Assembly: GCA_002104945.1 (NCBI GenBank)
Contig: MCFH01000007.1
Coordinates: 248,001 to 312,000, forward strand
Reading direction: 5' to 3'
DNA length: 64,000 bases
DNA from: Piromyces finnis finn
Lineage: Eukaryota > Fungi > Neocallimastigomycota
The translations under genes and the position numbers were made by a program. This document shows, piece after piece, positions 57,901 through 64,000 of this stretch; positions within the stretch are counted from its first letter, which is position 1, and each line of letters starts with the position of its first letter. The notes below the pieces were generated by a model. The model was given only the letters and a program-made list of their open reading frames with translations, did no database searches and was not told the origin of the DNA.

Positions 57901-60146
57901 GTAAAAGTAATAGTAACTTCACTTTACCAAGTTATCCAAACCCATTTAGAGCAGATGGCGTCGGTTCTTCTTCTTCTTTAAATGAACTTGTTAAATCAAA
58001 AAGAAACAGTATAAGTAGTTGGGACCCTGTACAGCCATTAACTAACTCTCAAAGTATAAATATTAATAATAATAAGAGAAAAAGTATATTTTCTACTATT
58101 AATACTCCACCATTAGATGCTATTTTTAAGAATACTCAAGTTCATTCTTCCTCATTAATTACTAATAATACTCAAACTAATGAAATAAATTCAAAATCTT
58201 TACCAGAGCCAACTTTACCAAATGTTGGAATATTAGATGAAGACATAATACCAGCAATAACAAATTCTCCAACTAGTAAAAGAATAAGTACTATTCAAAA
58301 TTCTACCAATGACAATAAAATATCAAATATTGGTTTATTAAACAATAATAATAATATAAATACAACTGAGGGAAATGTTGTTATAGGAAAGCCTATTACA
58401 ACAAATTCTACAATTGAAGATTTACTTCATACCATTCTTTTAGTTACATGTTATTCCGAAGGTCATGATGGTATAGCTAATTCATTAGATTCACTTTCAT
58501 ATACAGACTATCCAGATTCACTTAAATTAATAATCGTTATTTGTGATGGTTTAGTCAAGGGTGAAGGTAATGACAAATTAACCCCTGATGTTGTTGTTGA
58601 TATGATTGATCCAGGAGATGGAAGCAATTATCATTGTAATGAACCTGAACCAAAAAGTTATGTAGCAATTGCAGAAGGTAAGAAACGTCATAATATGGCA
58701 AAAGTTTATGCTGGTTGGTATAGATATGCTATAAATGCCTATGATCGTAAAATTCCAATGATTGGTATTGTAAAGTGTGGAACTGAAAGTGAGCGAAATG
58801 GCCCAAAAAAGGAAAAAAAACCAGGAAATCGTGGTAAAAGAGATTCACAAATTATGTTATTAGGATTCCTAAGTAAAGTAATGTTTAATGATCGTATGAC
58901 GGAATTTGATTTTGATCTTTTTACAAAAATTCATGAAATTACAGGTGTTTATGCCGATATTTATGAAAGCATTATGATGGTTGATGCTGATACCATTGTC
59001 GATAAGGACTCTCTTGCTCATTTGGTTGCATGTCTAGTTGAGGATCCAAAGATTATGGGATTATGTGGTGAAACTCAGATTGCTAATAAAACTGAAAGCT
59101 GGGTTACAATGATTCAAGTCTTTGAATATTATATTTCTCATCATATGTCTAAAGCATTCGAATCTGTATTTGGTGGTGTCACCTGCCTACCGGGTTGCTT
59201 CTGTATGTATAGAATTAAATCCAGGAAGGGTGTGCATGGTTACTGGGTTCCAATTCTTGCTAACCCAGCAATTGTTGAACAGTACTCTGAAAATAAAGTA
59301 AATACATTACACAAGAAGAATTTATTACTTTTAGGTGAAGATCGTTATTTATCAACATTAATGTTAAGAGAATATCCAAAAAGAAAAATGGTATTTGTAC
59401 CTCAAGCAACATGTAAAACTATTGTTCCAAGTGAATTCAAGGTTCTTCTTTCACAAAGACGGAGATGGATTAATAGTACTGTTCATAATCTTCTAGAGTT
59501 AGTTCTTGTTAATGATTTATGTGGTACATTTTGTATTTCAATGCAGTTTGTAGTTTTAATGGAATTAATTGGAACAGTCGTATTGCCAGCAGCAATTTTC
59601 TTTACTTATTATTTAATAGGAACTTTCTTTTTTTCTGGATCTAAAAATATAATTTCACTTTTACTTATGGTTCTAATTATGGGATTACCAGCTATCCTTA
59701 TTAGTTTAACTTCTCGTGAAATGAAATATATATTATGGATGATGGTATATCTTTTAGCTCTTCCTATATGGAATTTTGTTTTACCAGTTTATTCTTTCTG
59801 GCATTTTGACGATTTTAGTTGGGGTCAAACACGTATGGTTGAGGGTGAGACAAAAAACAAAAATGATGATAATAAAATGGACAAAGATGAGGTAGAAAAT
59901 AAATTTAATAGTTCGGAAATTATTATGAAAAAATGGGAAGAATGGGAAAAGATTCGAAGAGCAGAATTATTGGCTAATGAATTCTATCTTCATTCTACAG
60001 AAAAGAGTGAAGGTGATATGGGAAATTATACTACTTTTTATAATGAAACTCAACCATCACAAATAAATAGCACAAACAAAAGATATACTGGATCCTTTAA
60101 TAATATTATATTAGATAATCATAATATATATAATTATCATAACTGA
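54945..60146 (+). CDS. Class IV (Chs3-like, division II, no myosin motor) chitin synthase, 3 exons (54945-55464, 55627-55911, 56032-60146), 1639 aa
   Basis: AWREKVTLC; cytochrome b5-like segment VIYNGNVLDITDY; TCYSEG; NRGKRDSQ; VDADT; QVFEYYISH; CLPGCF; LLLGEDRYL; SQRRRWINST; WHFDDFSWG. Two phase-1 introns keep the frame. Confidence 0.92.
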
Positions 60147-60742
60147 AATATTAATATATATATTTATTTACTAATATATTTATAAGAAATGTAAATATTA
60201 TACCATTAATATTAAATAATTATTACTTATCATTATTTATCAATTATTGTAAATTTTTTTAATTTATTAATTAAATAATATTTCGTTTATTTTATGTGAT
60301 ATATTATGATATATAATCAAACAATGATGTTTAAATATTATTAACTATAACATTATTAAATTTGTAAACTATCTCACATGTTTTTTTTAATATTATTATT
60401 ATTATTATTATTATTATATTCGTTTTTCAGTTAATAAATTTCGTCATAATAATTATTATTTATTATTATGATTATTATTATTAAATAAATATAATTAAAA
60501 AAATATATATATATAAATTTTTGAGTTGGTATCATTTGTTGTTATCAATAAATTGAAATAGTAGTAGAATTAAAATAATTTTTAATATTTATCTATATAT
60601 ATCTATACATCTTAAAAAATATTGGTAAATTATTATTGTAATATAGTATAATATGAATAGTTTCATAAATATTGTGAATTTTTAAATATAATATTCTTAA
60701 TTTAATATATCTTATTTTCTTTTTGTATTATGGCTAACTACG

Positions 60743-63700
60743 TTATACACTATAATCATCATCTGGGACATTTAATTCACCATATATTCTTCTCATTCTT
60801 TCTTCTTCATCATTATAATTGTCATCATCACTAGAATCAAACATAGAATTTTCATCATATTCATCATCATATTCTCTTCCTTTCCAACCTCTAGTATTAT
60901 ATTCAAGTACTTCTTCGTTCATCATACCATCACCTGGATCTTCTTCCATTCCAAGAGTATTTGCCATTAATCTTAACCATTCAGAATTATGCCACTGGAA
61001 TCTTTGCTGACGAATTTTTATAACCCATTCATCATTTGTTTCCTAATTTTTATAAATAATTTATATAGTTCATATCAGTTAATAAATAAAATATAATATA
61101 ATATAATATAATATATATTATTATTATTATTACAGCTATAATGTCAAGGCATGTATCACACATTTCTCTTATTTTTACATTTCTATCATATAACAAATCT
61201 ATTAAATAGGATACAATATCTATAAAATTATCATAGTAATTTAATCAATCAATAATATTAATATTTTGGCATAATAAAATAATGATATTTATTGTTTATA
61301 AGATTAATTATTATTTGAAATACACACGTGTCTGAATTAAGAGGACAGTTCTAGTACTCTCATGTAATAAAAACTGATATATAGCGTATATAATTTGTAA
61401 AATTATTTCATCATCTTCTTCCTTACCTAAAAATATTGTTTATATAAGTTATTTTAAAATATGTAAATATAATATAATAATTAAATTAATATTTATTACT
61501 AAAAATTTATAAATATTTAAAAATAAAATAAAATTAATAACATACATATCATTAATGTAATTAATAAAGGTATAATGTCCATTTCAATTACTTTTGGTGC
61601 AATTCCTTCGTCATTTGACATTGTACCTAATAGTACTACATATTGTAATGTTACATCATCATCTTCGCTTAATTGGTTTTCTGATGAAGAATTCTTTTCT
61701 TCATAATAAGAATAATCAGAATCACCCAATGATTTTAATTCTTTATTATCTTGTGCACTAGCTAATGTCTTGGAATTTACACATACCTCTTGAAGTTGAC
61801 TTGCAATTAATTCTAAAAGGTGATATGTATCTGTTAATTTCGCCCAATCAAACTCTTCTATGGTAAGATTAGAAAGAATACCTAATAATTCTACTAATAA
61901 ATCTGGAGTTTTAAGTGATTTTTCTAATAATAACATAATATCATCAATATAATCAAGAAATAACATTTTTGTTGGTCCTTCATGCATTGAAATATTACGT
62001 ATCATTTTAAGTAGAAGTGGATCATGTGTTTTTAATGCACGTTTCATTAAAAATTTAATTCCATGATCTTCACACATACATTCTGCACATTTAATATTAC
62101 ATGCTAAATTAATACCTAATGCAATTAAATCCACATCGACTCTATCACCTTTGGTTTCTAATATCATTTTCATTATCTTTGATTTTATAATTGAAAATAA
62201 ATTTTAAATTAACAATTTGAATATATAAAATATTGAATTCTTCAAATATATATTATTTATTATAAAACAAAAACTATATTACCGTTGGAATAATATCTGT
62301 ATATGAAAAAGCAAATTTATTTTTATCATCAATACTTAATTGATATAATAATTGTATTATATAAGTATAATTTTGTTTTACTTGAATTAATTCACATATT
62401 TTTGGAATAAATCCATATTTTACCATAAGTGTTCTTATTTCTTGATCATGTGAAAGATTAATTAAAAGTCTTAAAATTATATTGAATAAACTTGAATTTT
62501 CTGGTTGTAATAATTTCAATATTTTTGGAAGGAATTCATTTGATAATTCTAAAAATTCTTGTTTATTATCTTTAAAAACACTAAGTTTTTTCAAAAAAGT
62601 AATTATTACTACTAAAAGTTGTGGTAATTTCCGATCTAATAAAAATACTAAATATTTTATTACATCTCGTTTTAACATTTTAACTTCAATAGTTAGATCT
62701 TCTGCAAGATTTAATAATAGATGAAATAATATAAATAAAAGTTGATCTTGTTTCTGTAAAAGAGATTGAAATTTTTTATTTTCATGTTCTAAGTTTTTAG
62801 CTAATTGAGTATTTTCAGTATTTTGCTGATATTTTATTTTTAGATTTTCTAAATCTTCTTTCCATATTTTTTCACGGCTAATTTCTTGATCTGCAATTTT
62901 TAAACACATATCTCCTATCTTTTGGGAAGTAATTATTGGATGATATATTGAATAATTTGAGAAACAGAAAAATATATATATAATGTTTGTAACTAATTCT
63001 AATGATTTTTTTCCATCCTCTCTTAATACACGGGCCAAAGCACTAACAAATAATTCTATTTTTTAATAAAAAGAAATTATAATTTTTGCATATTATTATA
63101 GAAAAAGAAATATATTTTCATTAATAAATGTATTATTAATCCCATAATTAAAATTCATTATTTATAAATTATTAAATTATAAATTATAATTTAATGACAT
63201 TTTTTAATAACATATTTTTATATTATATTTTAAAGTAATTAATTACCATCTCCTAATAAAATTTCCATATTTTCTGGTACTTTAACTAATTGCAACAATA
63301 ATCTTGTACTCCTAATTTTATCATCCATGTCTTCATATAATAAAGATATATAATCATCTAATTTTTCAATATATGCTTCTTCCTATTTATTATAATTATG
63401 AATAATATCTAATTAATATTTCTTTAAATAAAAGTTATAAATATATCAACTTTACCTCAAATTTATTTTCCTGTATTTGTATCATTTGTTTTTTCAAAGT
63501 ATGCTTATCAGGATCACCTCCACACATTGACATTTTTCTTTTTTGTAAATAGTAAAGCTGTTGCTCAACATCATTTATTCGTGAAGGATGAATTAATTTA
63601 CATTTATCTACTAATTCTTTAGCTAATTCTGAAATATCACTATTTGCTGATAAAGATTTGATTTTGATACTGATATTATAATAGTAATATTTATATATTG

Positions 63701-64000
63701 AAATATTGCAATATATTATCATTACTAATTAATAAATCAATTTTATTAATATTATATTTTTTATTATATATAGCAAATATTTTACATCTTCTGCATTTGT
63801 TTTTTTTCACCAAGTATTGGGTATTCATTATCATTCATAATCCATGCTTGCACTGTATAATTAACAATAACAGCACATTCATTAGGATGGACGTCTATAT
63901 CACCTGTCGTAACTTTTCTTTATATAATAAATATCGAAATAGGAATAAATATAAAATAGAACCTCCTTTCATTCAAATAGTTATACAAATTTATAAATAC
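60743..64000 (-). CDS. KIFAP3: Kinesin-associated protein 3 (kinesin-II accessory subunit for IFT), multi-exon, 5' end outside the window
   Basis: KVTTGDIDVHPNE, KIIKIKSL..CKLIHPSR..VEQQLYYLQ, KSLELVTNIIYIFFCFS, LIALGINLA..KFLMKRALK.HDPLLLKMIRNISMHEGPTK, and an acidic C-terminus. A donor GT falls at the window edge. Confidence 0.92.

Noticed and set aside
63780-63810. Possible homopolymer frameshift in the KAP3 5' exon
   Set aside because: Counting eight As gives in-frame GEKKQMQK, which splices correctly to IIKIKSL.

Overview
Extremely AT-rich eukaryotic DNA with short AT-rich GT-AG introns. By inference this is an anaerobic gut fungus (Neocallimastigomycota), based on base composition, a flagellar IFT gene, secreted GH3 enzymes and the ankyrin repeat style. 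Host genes: a DUF229/alkaline-phosphatase-fold membrane protein, three intronless GH3 beta-glucosidases, an ankyrin + 2xSH3 protein (frameshifted), Miro/Gem1, DBP3, two tandem CBA1-like (cobalamin acquisition/BtuF-fold) membrane proteins, a class IV chitin synthase and KAP3/KIFAP3 (partial). Two of the GH3 genes lie in the arms of a ~12.7 kb inverted repeat (3.3 kb near-identical arms, 6.07 kb spacer). Mobile DNA: a full-length, TSD-flanked APE-RT-CCHC LINE nested in an older copy of its own family, several truncated or deleted copies, a second poly(A) retroelement family, and a Ty1/copia relic. Best candidates for something new: (1) a duplicated, diverged pair of putative cell-surface vitamin B12 receptors; (2) a GH3 palindrome plus mosaic paralogue suggesting gene conversion; (3) a small hairpin with compensatory changes shared by two retroelement 3' ends. 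All family assignments are from recalled motifs and by-eye alignment; no searches were run.
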